From: Halomicronema hongdechloris C2206
Lineage (GTDB): Bacteria; Cyanobacteriota; Cyanobacteriia; Phormidesmidales; Phormidesmidaceae
Assembly: GCF_002075285.3 (NCBI RefSeq)
Contig: NZ_CP021983.2
Coordinates: 3,960,001 to 3,992,000, forward strand
DNA: 32,000 nt
Reading direction: 5' to 3'
In this document: positions 18,011 to 26,820 of the stretch, piece by piece
Layout of the letters: the number at the start of each line of letters is the position of its first letter
Position numbering within the stretch: position 1 is the stretch's first letter
The notes under the pieces: generated by a model
Databases searched by the model: none
Seen by the model: only the letters and a program-made list of their open reading frames with translations
Told to the model about the DNA's origin: nothing
Position numbers and translations under genes: made by a program

Positions 18011-19144
18011 ATGTACGACTGCATCATTGTCGGCGCTGGTCCCGCCGGCGGTACCGCTGCCTATCACCTAGCCAAACGGGGCCGCTCCGTCCTGGTATTG
18101 GAAAAGGCCACCCTGCCCCGCTATAAACCCTGCGGCGGCGGCGTCTCTCCCCAGGTGGCCCAATGGTTTGACTTCGACTTCACGCCAGCCATTTCGGCTC
18201 AGGTCACCACCGTCCGCTACACCTGGAACCTAGGAGCCCCAGTCACCAGCGAGATCACCACCGGCTCCCCGATCTGGATGGTGCGGCGGGACGAATTCGA
18301 CCATTTTCTGGTGCAACAGGCCGTAGGCCAGGGGGCAGAACTGCGCCACAGTACCAAAGCCACCGGTATTACCTTCGCCCATGACAGCTGGCAAGTCACC
18401 ACCGCCCAGGAGCCAGTGTCAGGCCGCTATCTGATCGCCGCCGATGGGGCTCGGGGGCCCCTAGCCAAGTGGCTCGGCTTTACCCAGCGGCAGCGCACCA
18501 GCGGTGGGCGCCTAGAAATTGAAACCCCGCGTGCCGGTGCCGGAGGCCCCACATCCCCCCATTTTGAGTTTGGCCTGTTGAAGAATGGCTATGTGTGGAA
18601 CTTCCCCAAGGCCGACGGCTACTCCCTAGGCAGTGGTATCTTTCGCCAGGGCAAGCGAGCTTCTCAGGATCTGAAACCGGCCCTGCACCAGATATGCTGC
18701 CAGTTTCAGGTGGATGCCGCTCAGGCACAGCCCCACGGCCATCCCCTCAACCTGTGGAATGGTTACCAACGGCTCCACACGCAGCAGGCTCTCTTAGCCG
18801 GCGAGGCCGCCTGTGTGGTCGATCCCTTCACCGCCGAGGGAATTCGACCGGCCATCTTCAGTGGCTTACAGGCGGCTCAGGCCATTGACGCGGCCTTGGG
18901 GGGCGACCTGCAGGCCCTAGAAGCCTACTCCCAGCGGCTAAACGAGAAATGGGGGGCGCAGACATGGCCCTGGGCTCGGCGCCTGGCCCAAGCCTTTTAT
19001 CAATGGCCCCGGCTGGGCTATCGGGTGGGCATCCAACGGCCCTCCGGCACCGAACAGATGGTCAAGGTCCTCTGCGGCGAACGGCGCTATGCCGATGTGG
19101 TGCATCGGGCCCTGCGTCGCCTCAGCGGCGGGGTACTGGCCTAG
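18011..19144 (+). CDS. Geranylgeranyl-reductase-family FAD-dependent oxidoreductase
   Basis: 377 aa. N-terminal dinucleotide fold YDCIIVGAGPAGGTAAYHLAKRG..VLVLEK, then PRYKPCGGGVS, DGARGP and a C-terminal GEAACVVDPFTAEGI block. These are typical of the GGR (TIGR-type) family. It starts 31 nt after the HPT stop. Confidence 0.8.
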   Translation: MYDCIIVGAGPAGGTAAYHLAKRGRSVLVLEKATLPRYKPCGGGVSPQVAQWFDFDFTPAISAQVTTVRYTWNLGAPVTSEITTGSPIWMVRRDEFDHFLVQQAVGQGAELRHSTKATGITFAHDSWQVTTAQEPVSGRYLIAADGARGPLAKWLGFTQRQRTSGGRLEIETPRAGAGGPTSPHFEFGLLKNGYVWNFPKADGYSLGSGIFRQGKRASQDLKPALHQICCQFQVDAAQAQPHGHPLNLWNGYQRLHTQQALLAGEAACVVDPFTAEGIRPAIFSGLQAAQAIDAALGGDLQALEAYSQRLNEKWGAQTWPWARRLAQAFYQWPRLGYRVGIQRPSGTEQMVKVLCGERRYADVVHRALRRLSGGVLA

Positions 19145-20315
19145 GGGCGGGCTCCATCAGGCCCTGTAGGGGAGGGGCAGCGGCCATCCCTTTGTGCTGA
19201 ATCAAGACACCAAAGTTTCCCATGCCCAAGGGGTTGATCAGTTGGTGCAGGGCTTCCCGACGCCGCAATAGCTGTTGCAGAGCCGAGGTGTCTGCCGCCT
19301 CCGTCTCCGAGATGGCCGCGATCCGATCGCCTAGGCCCAGGGCCATGAGGAATAACCCTTGGGGCGTAAATCCCTCCCGGGTGAGCCCGCACTGCTCTCC
19401 TTGCCGCTCTAAGGCGGTGAAATTTACATGGGCGGTGATGTCTTGCTGTCCGAGGTACTGGTAGGGATCATCATGATGCCCGTGGCGGTAGTAGCACTGC
19501 AGGGTGCCCTGGCGACGGGAGGGGGCATAGTAACGCTGGGTCGCATAGCCATAGTCGATGGTGACGACATAACCTCGCTGCAGTCGGTCGGCGACGGTGC
19601 TGAGCCAGTCCAGGGCGGCCAGATTGACTTCGGTGCGATAGCCCACTGGATAGCCAGGGGGACTCAGGTGAATGCCGATATCCTGGAAGTATTCCTGAAT
19701 CCGGGGGGTTGAGAAGGGCCCCAAAGTTTCCCGCAGTTCCGCTTCTCCGGTCTCGCCTAGGGTGACGTAGACTTCTTGCAGACCGGCCTCTGTCACCACC
19801 ACCTGATGTACCGGCAGAGCATCCACCAGCTCGTTGGAAAAACAGCAGCCAATTACCGAATTGGCTGCGATCGCATCCCAGCCGACCCACTCGATGCGAT
19901 CCCCCCAGGCGGCCAATCGCTGCCGTTGTGTCTTCTGTAGGCCTCCGGAGATTTCGACAATCTTGTACTGCAATGGGGCCAGACACTCTGGATGATGCCG
20001 CTCTAGATGAGAGAGCACATCAGCCGCCACCAACCCCTGGCCCGCCCCCATCTCCAGCAGGGTAAAGGGCCGAGGCTGGCCCAGATACTGCCACATCTGG
20101 GCAAACTGTTCCCCTAGTAACTCGCCGAAATCGTGGCCCAAATGCGGCGCGGTGACAAAATCTCCCCCAGGCCCCAGGGCCGTCCCAGTAATGTAATAGC
20201 CATGCTCTGGATGGTACAGGACCAGGTCCATGAACTCAGCGAAGGGAATGCGGTGATGGGCGCTGGTGTTAATGCGGTGGGCAATGGCCTCAAAAAGCGC
20301 GGGATTAGAGGGCAT
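19122..20315 (-). CDS. SAM-dependent methyltransferase of the MidA/NDUFAF7 (DUF185) family
   Basis: FAEFMDLVLYHPEHGYY...GDFVTAPHLGHDFGELL...LLEMGAGQGLVAADVL matches the MidA-type pattern. The start is taken at ATG 20315 (MPSNPALF), 10 nt after the argJ stop. The ORF-track start 20375 would overlap argJ by 50 nt. Confidence 0.75.
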   Translation of the reverse strand: MPSNPALFEAIAHRINTSAHHRIPFAEFMDLVLYHPEHGYYITGTALGPGGDFVTAPHLGHDFGELLGEQFAQMWQYLGQPRPFTLLEMGAGQGLVAADVLSHLERHHPECLAPLQYKIVEISGGLQKTQRQRLAAWGDRIEWVGWDAIAANSVIGCCFSNELVDALPVHQVVVTEAGLQEVYVTLGETGEAELRETLGPFSTPRIQEYFQDIGIHLSPPGYPVGYRTEVNLAALDWLSTVADRLQRGYVVTIDYGYATQRYYAPSRRQGTLQCYYRHGHHDDPYQYLGQQDITAHVNFTALERQGEQCGLTREGFTPQGLFLMALGLGDRIAAISETEAADTSALQQLLRRREALHQLINPLGMGNFGVLIQHKGMAAAPPLQGLMEPAPRPVPRR

Positions 20316-20325
20316 GGACAGCCAA

Positions 20326-21567
20326 TCAAGTAGTGTACTCGGCATTGATGCGGATATAATCGTAGCTGAGATCACAGCCCCAGGCCTGCCCCCGTCCCGA
20401 TCCAGTCCCCACGGACACGATGATGTCCACCGTATCGTCTTGCAGGTAAGCTCCCGCCGCCGCTTGCTTCAGATAGGCGCTCGCCGCCGATCGATCGAAG
20501 GGTTGAGGCTGGCCGCCATCCATCAGGACAAACTCTCCCAATTGAATGCGGAGATCCCCCTGATCAAATCCTACCCCAGCTCGGCCTGCGGCCCCGGCAA
20601 TGCGACCCCAGTTAGGATCGCGGCCAAATATGGCTGACTTGACCAAAGAAGACCCAGCGATGGTACGGGCAATCTGGCGCGCCGCTTCATCATGGGCGGT
20701 GCCCTGGACCGTGATCTGTATTAAGCAGGTAGCCCCCTCCCCATCCCGGGCAATGGCTTTGGCTAGATGGGTACACACAGCGGTCAGCATCCCTTCTAGG
20801 AGATCGGCCTCGGGGCCAGCTTCGGTAATGGCCGGGGTACGGGAAGCACCATTGGCCAGGGCAATCAAGCTATCGTTCGTGCTAGTATCGCCATCGATGC
20901 TGATCTGGTTGAAGCTAAGCTCAGCGGCCCGCTGCACCATGGCCTGCCATAGGGGGGGTGAAATACTGGCGTCGCAAGTGATGAAGGCCAGCATGGTGGC
21001 TAGGTTGGGATGGATCATGCCCGAGCCTTTGGCAATGCCGCCGAGGCGCACCGGGCGATGGGCGATCTCAGCTTCCACGGCCCCAGACTTAGCCACCAAA
21101 TCTGTGGTCAAGATGGCCTGGGCCGCCGCCGCCGATCCCGCCTCAGATAGGGCGGCTACAACGGCGGGAATGCCCTGCCTCAGGGCAGCCATGTTGAGGC
21201 ATTGGCCAATCACGCCAGTCGAGGCAACCATGACCGCATCGGCTGGAATTCCTAAGGCTTGGGCGACGAGATCGGCACTTGCAATGGTGTCTACCCAGCC
21301 CTGGCTACCGGTGCAAGCATTGGCCTGACCCGCATTGCAGAGAATGGCCCGAGCGACAGATTTCGCCTCCAGGCGTTGGCGGCAGTAGTCGACACAGGCG
21401 GCCCGCACTTGACTCTGGGTAAAAATGCCCGCTGCGATCGCATCTCCCTCAGAGACAATCAGCGCTAAATCCGAGGCTCCCGAGGGTTTTAAGCCGGCAG
21501 CAATCCCCGCTGCCCTAAATCCCTTAGGGGCGCTGACACCCCCCTCAACCATCCGCCATTGCGTCAT
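20326..21567 (-). CDS. argJ: Bifunctional ornithine acetyltransferase / N-acetylglutamate synthase
   Basis: KGFRAAGIAAGLKPSG..DLALI near the N-terminus, the autoproteolytic site context NLATMLAFITCDA, and the C-terminus SYDYIRINAEYTT. ATG is at 21567; the ORF-track first codon at 21570 is TTG. Confidence 0.95.
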   Translation of the reverse strand: MTQWRMVEGGVSAPKGFRAAGIAAGLKPSGASDLALIVSEGDAIAAGIFTQSQVRAACVDYCRQRLEAKSVARAILCNAGQANACTGSQGWVDTIASADLVAQALGIPADAVMVASTGVIGQCLNMAALRQGIPAVVAALSEAGSAAAAQAILTTDLVAKSGAVEAEIAHRPVRLGGIAKGSGMIHPNLATMLAFITCDASISPPLWQAMVQRAAELSFNQISIDGDTSTNDSLIALANGASRTPAITEAGPEADLLEGMLTAVCTHLAKAIARDGEGATCLIQITVQGTAHDEAARQIARTIAGSSLVKSAIFGRDPNWGRIAGAAGRAGVGFDQGDLRIQLGEFVLMDGGQPQPFDRSAASAYLKQAAAGAYLQDDTVDIIVSVGTGSGRGQAWGCDLSYDYIRINAEYTT

Positions 21568-21764
21568 CAAATCACCCTCAATCGGCCCTGTTTTCCCGGG
21601 ATTATATCAGGGGTGATGTCTACCACGGCCCCAAACGGCACCACCTAGCCAATCGCCACAAGGAATATCAGCCGCCGACCGATTGATGAAGCAACTCACA
21701 GCCAAGCCTTAACCCCCAAGCATCGCAGGCAATCGCCGATGGCCATGTTGGCAGCAGGGCTGCT

Positions 21765-21793
21765 AAAAAAAAGAGAGCTGCGTCGCAGCTCTC
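21765..21793 (-). terminator. Rho-independent terminator for the gatB transcript
   Basis: On the minus strand a perfect 10-bp inverted repeat (GAGAGCTGCG at 21773-21782 and CGCAGCTCTC at 21784-21793) is followed directly by T8, the complement of A8 at 21765-21772. It lies 167 nt downstream of the gatB stop and about 200 nt upstream of the argJ start. Confidence 0.6.
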
Positions 21794-21841
21794 CTTACCA
21801 TCAGGGTGCATCTACATACCATATTATCTTACATGTGAGGC

Positions 21842-21870
21842 GGGGGGCGCCACCCCCCAATCTATTTTTT
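21842..21870 (+). terminator. Candidate plus-strand terminator-like hairpin (G6-CGCCA-C6 then T6)
   Basis: G6 at 21842-21847 pairs with C6 at 21853-21858 around the loop CGCCA. T6 at 21865-21870 follows after a 6-nt spacer, so it is not canonical. No annotated plus-strand gene ends here. Confidence 0.3.
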
Positions 21871-21960
21871 GTTACATTTTGTGAGCTTTCTCAGCTGCTC
21901 TCGGGGGTGAATGCGTCTGGACCTGCCCGGAAGCGCCCTCGAGCCCGGGTGATTACCTCC

Positions 21961-23448
21961 TTAGCCTTTAAGTTTCTCACCCAGCAGTTGATTGGTCAGC
22001 TTCGGATCAGCCCGCCCCTCAGTCTGCTTCATGACTTGTCCCACAAAAAAGCCCTGAAGTTTCGTCTTGCCAGCCCGATACTGCTCCAACTTGTCAGGAT
22101 TGTCAGACAATACCTGATCAATGATAGCCCCTAGTTCAGTTGGATCCGACAGCTGACTCAGGCCCCGTTCCTCGACGAGAGCCTGGGGAGATCCTCCATC
22201 CTGTAGCAGTTCCGGCACAATTTCCTTCGCAATCTTCGTACTAATAGTGCCCGCTTCAATCAGTTGAATCATCTCCGCTAAGGATGCCGGGGACAGAGCA
22301 ATCTGATCAATCGTCAGTTTTTCAGCATTTAAGTAGGCTGCAATATCCTGCGTTACCCAGTTGGCCGCCAGTTTAGCATTAGCCCCGGCTGCCACGGTGG
22401 CCTCAAAGTACTCAGCGACTGCACGCTCATCGGTTAGCACCCGCGCATCGTAAGGGGATAAGCCAAAGGCCGTCTCATAATGCCGACGCTTTTGGGCCGG
22501 TAACTCCGGTAACTCGGCCTGCCAGGTCGACAGTTGCTCTGCCGACACCTCTAGCGGCGGCAAATCCGGTTCCGGGAAGTAGCGATAATCGCTCGATCCT
22601 TCCTTAGAGCGCATGCTGATGGTGCGTTGACTCCCTTCCTCCCAGAGGCGAGTTTCCTGGATGATTGGCTCTCCTGCTTCCAGGGCCTGCACTTGCCGTT
22701 CGATCTCATGGTCGATGGCCTTCTGGATGGCACTGAAGGAGTTCATGTTCTTGATCTCTACCTTGGTGCCAAAGGCCTCTTGCCCCAACGGCCGCACCGA
22801 GACATTGACATCACAGCGCAGGGAACCTTCCTGCATATTGCCGTCGCTAATGCCCAGATATCGCATGATGCGGCGTAACTCTTGAGCATACTCAGCCGCC
22901 TCCTGTCCCGATCGCAAATCAGGTTCAGAGACAATTTCGATCAACGGCACCCCGGCCCGATTGTAATCCACCAGCGAATAGGCCGATCCCGATAGGCGGT
23001 CACTGCCAGCATGGACCAGCTTGCCAGCATCTTCTTCCATATGTAGGCGGGTAATGCCGATGCGCTTGCGGGTAGCCTCTTTGCTTTGCTTGTCAATTAA
23101 CTCGATCTCCAACCAGCCATGCTCGGCAATGGGCAAATCGTACTGGGAGATCTGATAATTCTTGGGCAGGTCAGGGTAAAAATACTGCTTGCGATCAAAC
23201 TTACTATAGGGAGCGATCTGACAATTCAGCGCGAGTCCTGCTTTGACAGCATATTCCAGTACCGTCCCATTCAGCACTGGCAGTACCCCCGGCAAGCCCA
23301 TCACAATCGGATCAACATGGGTATTGGGGACAGCCCCAAAGGCATTTGAACTGGGCGAAAAGATCTTGGTATCGGTACATAGCTGACAATGCGTTTCCAG
23401 GCCAATAATGGCCTCATACTGAGTCTTCACAGGAGCCGCGGAAGTCAT
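21961..23448 (-). CDS. gatB: Aspartyl/glutamyl-tRNA amidotransferase subunit B
   Basis: 495 aa. [14 protein letters not shown]-terminus, the blocks [19 protein letters not shown] and [10 protein letters not shown], and a C-terminal YqeY-like domain ending [23 protein letters not shown]. Confidence 0.95.
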   Translation of the reverse strand: MTSAAPVKTQYEAIIGLETHCQLCTDTKIFSPSSNAFGAVPNTHVDPIVMGLPGVLPVLNGTVLEYAVKAGLALNCQIAPYSKFDRKQYFYPDLPKNYQISQYDLPIAEHGWLEIELIDKQSKEATRKRIGITRLHMEEDAGKLVHAGSDRLSGSAYSLVDYNRAGVPLIEIVSEPDLRSGQEAAEYAQELRRIMRYLGISDGNMQEGSLRCDVNVSVRPLGQEAFGTKVEIKNMNSFSAIQKAIDHEIERQVQALEAGEPIIQETRLWEEGSQRTISMRSKEGSSDYRYFPEPDLPPLEVSAEQLSTWQAELPELPAQKRRHYETAFGLSPYDARVLTDERAVAEYFEATVAAGANAKLAANWVTQDIAAYLNAEKLTIDQIALSPASLAEMIQLIEAGTISTKIAKEIVPELLQDGGSPQALVEERGLSQLSDPTELGAIIDQVLSDNPDKLEQYRAGKTKLQGFFVGQVMKQTEGRADPKLTNQLLGEKLKG

Positions 23449-23560
23449 GAAGAACTTTTCCCATGGCAGAGGTGGACGTGTTTATTGTAGCCCGCTTGAG
23501 CCCTGGGGATGGATCGCCCATACTAATTGCTACCACTCATTCTAGTGATCACCGACCCCA

Positions 23561-23746
23561 ATGGAGAAACAATACGACAGCCGCATCTATGTAGAGCAAA
23601 TGGCCTTGATGCTGGGCTTATCCTTGCCACCTGACAGCCAAATGGGGGTCATAGACGCCTTCGAGCAACTGCGAGCGGTGGCGCAACCGGTGCTGAACTT
23701 CCCCTTACCGGATGATTTGGAAGTGGCTCCCATCTTTGAACCATGA
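23561..23746 (+). CDS. AtzG-like small protein (DUF4089-type), probable small subunit of the downstream amidase
   Basis: 61 aa. The pattern YVEQMALMLGLSLPPD....V...FEQLRAVAQPVLNFPLPDDLEVAPIFEP matches my recollection of AtzG/DUF4089 proteins (...A..LGL.L......V..N...L......L..FPLPD..EPAPVF). Its stop overlaps the amidase start in ATGA at 23743-23746. Confidence 0.6.
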   Translation: MEKQYDSRIYVEQMALMLGLSLPPDSQMGVIDAFEQLRAVAQPVLNFPLPDDLEVAPIFEP

Positions 23747-25149
23747 CATCTACCCCGGATGCCTTAGGGATTGCCAACTCTATCCGCCGTGGCGAACGGA
23801 CGGCGACCGAAGTCATTGCCGCAAGCATAGCTCAGATTGAAGCCCTAAATCCCCAGCTCAATTGTTTCACGGCTATCACTGCTGACATGGCCCGAGCGAT
23901 GGCAGCCGATATGGACCGGCGCCTCAGTACCGGCGAAGACCCAGGCCCCCTAGCCGGGGTTCCCTTCGCCGTAAAAAATCTCTTCGATATTAAGGGGCTC
24001 ATTACCTTAGCCGGTTCCCGCATTCATCGCGAGCGCCCTCCAGCTCACCAAGATGCCACCCTGATTACTCGTCTGAAACAAGCTGGCGCTATCTTGGTAG
24101 GGGCCCTCAATATGGATGAGTATGCCTATGGCTTCGTGACCGTCAACAGCCACTATGGCATTACCCCAAATCCCCACGATGTAACTCGCATAGCCGGTGG
24201 CTCCTCAGGAGGGTCGGCAGCCGCCATAGCCGCAGGGGTAGTGCCCCTGACCCTAGGATCGGATACGAATGGCTCCATCCGGGTTCCCGCTGCCTTGTGC
24301 GGAGTTTACGGATTTAAGCCCACCTACGGCCGTCTGTCCCGAGCCGGAACCTACCCCTTAGCCAATAGCCTTGATCATGTGGGGCCCCTGACTCGCTCGG
24401 TGCGAGATATGGCCGCTGCCTACGATGCCTTACAAGGCCCTGATCACCGCGATTCCCTCTGCGGTGATCGGCCCTCAGAACCCGTGAGTCCAGGGTTGGA
24501 GCAGGGCATTGAGGGGATGCGTATCGCCGTGGCTGGAGAGTATTTCAGCCAAGCAATGGAGCCGGAGGTAGCTAGGGCTGTAGACCAGGTGGCAGAGGCT
24601 TTGGGAGCTACAAAGCGAGTAGTCATCCCAGAGTCTACCCGAGCTCGGGCAGCTGCCTATGTGATTACGGCCAGTGAGGGGAGTCATTTGCACCTATCTC
24701 GCCTGCAACGTCGCCCCATGGAGTTTGACCCGGCTACCCGAGATCGCTTCTTGGCGGGAGCCATGATACCGGCAAGCTGGTATATCCAAGCCCAGCGATT
24801 TCGGCGTTGGTACCGAGATCGGATCCGATTATTATTCCAGTCAGTCGATATTGTACTGGCGCCAACGACGCCCTGTGTCGCTCCTGCCTTGGCCCAGACT
24901 ACCCTATCGATCAATGGAGAAGAGATGCCAGTGCGAGCTCATTTGGGCCTTTATACCCAGCCCCTATCTTTCGTAGGACTGCCAATTCTCTCAGTTCCGG
25001 TGCATCAACCGGGAAACCTGCCGGTGGGAGTGCAGGTCATTGCCGCTCCCTACCAAGAAGAACGAGTATTACGGGTCGCAGCCCACCTAGAGGCTATGGG
25101 CATCACGTCAGCCCCTGTTGCTGCTGTGGATGGCGATTGCCCTATCTGA
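23743..25149 (+). CDS. Amidase-signature enzyme, AtzE-like (GatA paralogue)
   Basis: 468 aa. Catalytic-Lys block VPFAVKNLFDIKG and amidase signature [14 protein letters not shown]...GSDTNGSIRVPAALCGVYGFKPTYGR. It is translationally coupled to the 61-aa ORF upstream. Confidence 0.85.
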   Translation: MTSTPDALGIANSIRRGERTATEVIAASIAQIEALNPQLNCFTAITADMARAMAADMDRRLSTGEDPGPLAGVPFAVKNLFDIKGLITLAGSRIHRERPPAHQDATLITRLKQAGAILVGALNMDEYAYGFVTVNSHYGITPNPHDVTRIAGGSSGGSAAAIAAGVVPLTLGSDTNGSIRVPAALCGVYGFKPTYGRLSRAGTYPLANSLDHVGPLTRSVRDMAAAYDALQGPDHRDSLCGDRPSEPVSPGLEQGIEGMRIAVAGEYFSQAMEPEVARAVDQVAEALGATKRVVIPESTRARAAAYVITASEGSHLHLSRLQRRPMEFDPATRDRFLAGAMIPASWYIQAQRFRRWYRDRIRLLFQSVDIVLAPTTPCVAPALAQTTLSINGEEMPVRAHLGLYTQPLSFVGLPILSVPVHQPGNLPVGVQVIAAPYQEERVLRVAAHLEAMGITSAPVAAVDGDCPI

Positions 25150-25179
25150 AATGCTGGAGAGCTAAGTTGGAGAGCTAAG

Positions 25180-25377
25180 TTGAGCGACTCAATCATCTGG
25201 TACATTCTGAAGTCAGCCACAGGACAGTGTGAGATTGTCCCGGCCTCGCAGCTACAAGACATCGACAGTGATGGCGCTGACACCTGGGGCCCCTATGACT
25301 CTAAAGCAGAGGCCATTGCCCGCCGAGTCGGCCTCATCCGCGCTGGCAAGTGTCGACCGATGCAAGCTAGCTGTTAA
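25180..25377 (+). CDS. Small hypothetical protein (65 aa) with a TTG start
   Basis: The only in-frame start is TTG 25180, which has GGAG 8-11 nt upstream. There is no internal Met until residue 61. The sequence IIWYILKSATGQCEIV...WGPYDSKAEAIARRVGLIRAGKCRP has a plausible globular composition. The family is not recognised with certainty. Confidence 0.4.
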   Translation: MSDSIIWYILKSATGQCEIVPASQLQDIDSDGADTWGPYDSKAEAIARRVGLIRAGKCRPMQASC

Positions 25378-26678
25378 CGGCTAGGAACAGCGCCGACATC
25401 CAGCTCATGGGTCTCTCGGGCCGCTCGAATTTCTTGAGCCAAGATGTCTAAGGCCTGGATATATTGCGGATCGGCTTCGGTGCCAATAGCCTCGCGATTT
25501 TCCGACAGGGCTTCCCGCTCGGATTCACTCAGCTCTACCATGACGTCTGGCGTGATGCCAGCTTTATTAATATCGCGACCATCGGGGGTTAGGTACTTGG
25601 CGACGGTGACCGCGACGCCTGAACCGTCATCTAGGCTGCGGACTGACTGGACTAGCCCCTTACCAAAGGTACGAGTGCCCACCAACACAGCGCGTTCGTT
25701 GTCTTGTAGAGCCCCAGCAAGAATCTCACTGGCACTGGCGGAGCCGCCGTCCACCAACACGACCAAGGGCCTGGTCGTCAGAGCCTTACCATTGGCAGCT
25801 TCTTCATCGATGATGCCCTGACGGTTAACAGTGGACACGATGGTGCCGTCTTCTAGCCACATGCGGGCGATATCAATACTAGAGAATAGGAGTCCCCCTG
25901 GATTGGAGCGCAAATCTAAGATGTAACCGGTGACGTCGCGCTCTTCTAGGGCTGCAATGGCCTCTTCCATCTCTTCTGCAGCATTGGCACTGAATTGAGT
26001 CAGGCGAATGTAGCCTATTGGACCTTCTGGTCCTTCCTTGTAGGCATAGCGAACGGGATGAATCTCGATGCGATCGCGAACAATGGTGTAGTCGATGCTG
26101 CGGTTCTCTCGACGAATCGTCAACGTCACCTCAGATCCCACCGGTCCCCGAATCAAGCTAACGGCCTCATTGAGATCCATGCCTGCGGTACTGTGACCAT
26201 CGATTGCTGTGATCACATCCTGGGAGCGCACCCCTGCCTCAAAAGCAGGGGTGTCTTCAATGGGGGAGACGACGACAATCTCTTCGGTCTCTTCGTCTTG
26301 GGAAATCTGAATACCGACACCAGTCAACTCTCCGGAGGTGTCGATTTGCATATTGCGAAACTCTTGAGGATCCATGAAGCGCGTGTAGGGATCCTCTAAC
26401 CTGTCCAGCATTTCGCGAATAGCCGTGTAGGCATCCTCGCGATCGCTGTAGGAACGCTGTAGATATTCCTGGCGTACAGCTTCCCAGTCCACCTGATTGA
26501 AGGTGGCATCAACATAATGACGCTCAATCAGCTGCCACACCTCATCAACCAGCTCCTTGGGGCTTTCTTCGAAAAAGGCTTGGCCCTGCGAGAGCTGAAT
26601 CCCGGCACCGGTGACAGTGACCGCCGCTACTGCCAATGCCGTTGCTCCCAGTACCAGTCCACGCTTTGCAATCGCCAT
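25374..26678 (-). CDS. Carboxyl-terminal processing protease (S41A, CtpA/B/C family)
   Basis: 434 aa. It has a signal/anchor, a PDZ region (GVGIQISQDEETEEIVVVSPIEDTPA), the catalytic block DLRSNPGGLL...GSASASEILAGAL and the TFGKGLVQS Lys block. Confidence 0.9.
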   Translation of the reverse strand: MAIAKRGLVLGATALAVAAVTVTGAGIQLSQGQAFFEESPKELVDEVWQLIERHYVDATFNQVDWEAVRQEYLQRSYSDREDAYTAIREMLDRLEDPYTRFMDPQEFRNMQIDTSGELTGVGIQISQDEETEEIVVVSPIEDTPAFEAGVRSQDVITAIDGHSTAGMDLNEAVSLIRGPVGSEVTLTIRRENRSIDYTIVRDRIEIHPVRYAYKEGPEGPIGYIRLTQFSANAAEEMEEAIAALEERDVTGYILDLRSNPGGLLFSSIDIARMWLEDGTIVSTVNRQGIIDEEAANGKALTTRPLVVLVDGGSASASEILAGALQDNERAVLVGTRTFGKGLVQSVRSLDDGSGVAVTVAKYLTPDGRDINKAGITPDVMVELSESEREALSENREAIGTEADPQYIQALDILAQEIRAARETHELDVGAVPSR

Positions 26679-26820
26679 AGCGAAATTGAATCCCCATCAT
26701 GAAGACAAGTATGCCCAATCTAACACAGGCATTCGGCAGCAAGAGGTACCAGAAGCCACAAAGGTAGGATGTCTTGCCGTAAGCTTCGCATTGCCTTATT
26801 CAAGGCGTTATTCAAGCGGA

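Noticed and set aside
21739-22134. 131-aa plus-strand ORF in the argJ-gatB spacer
   Set aside because: Two thirds of it is antisense to the gatB C-terminus, it runs through both terminator-like hairpins, and it has no recognisable motif.
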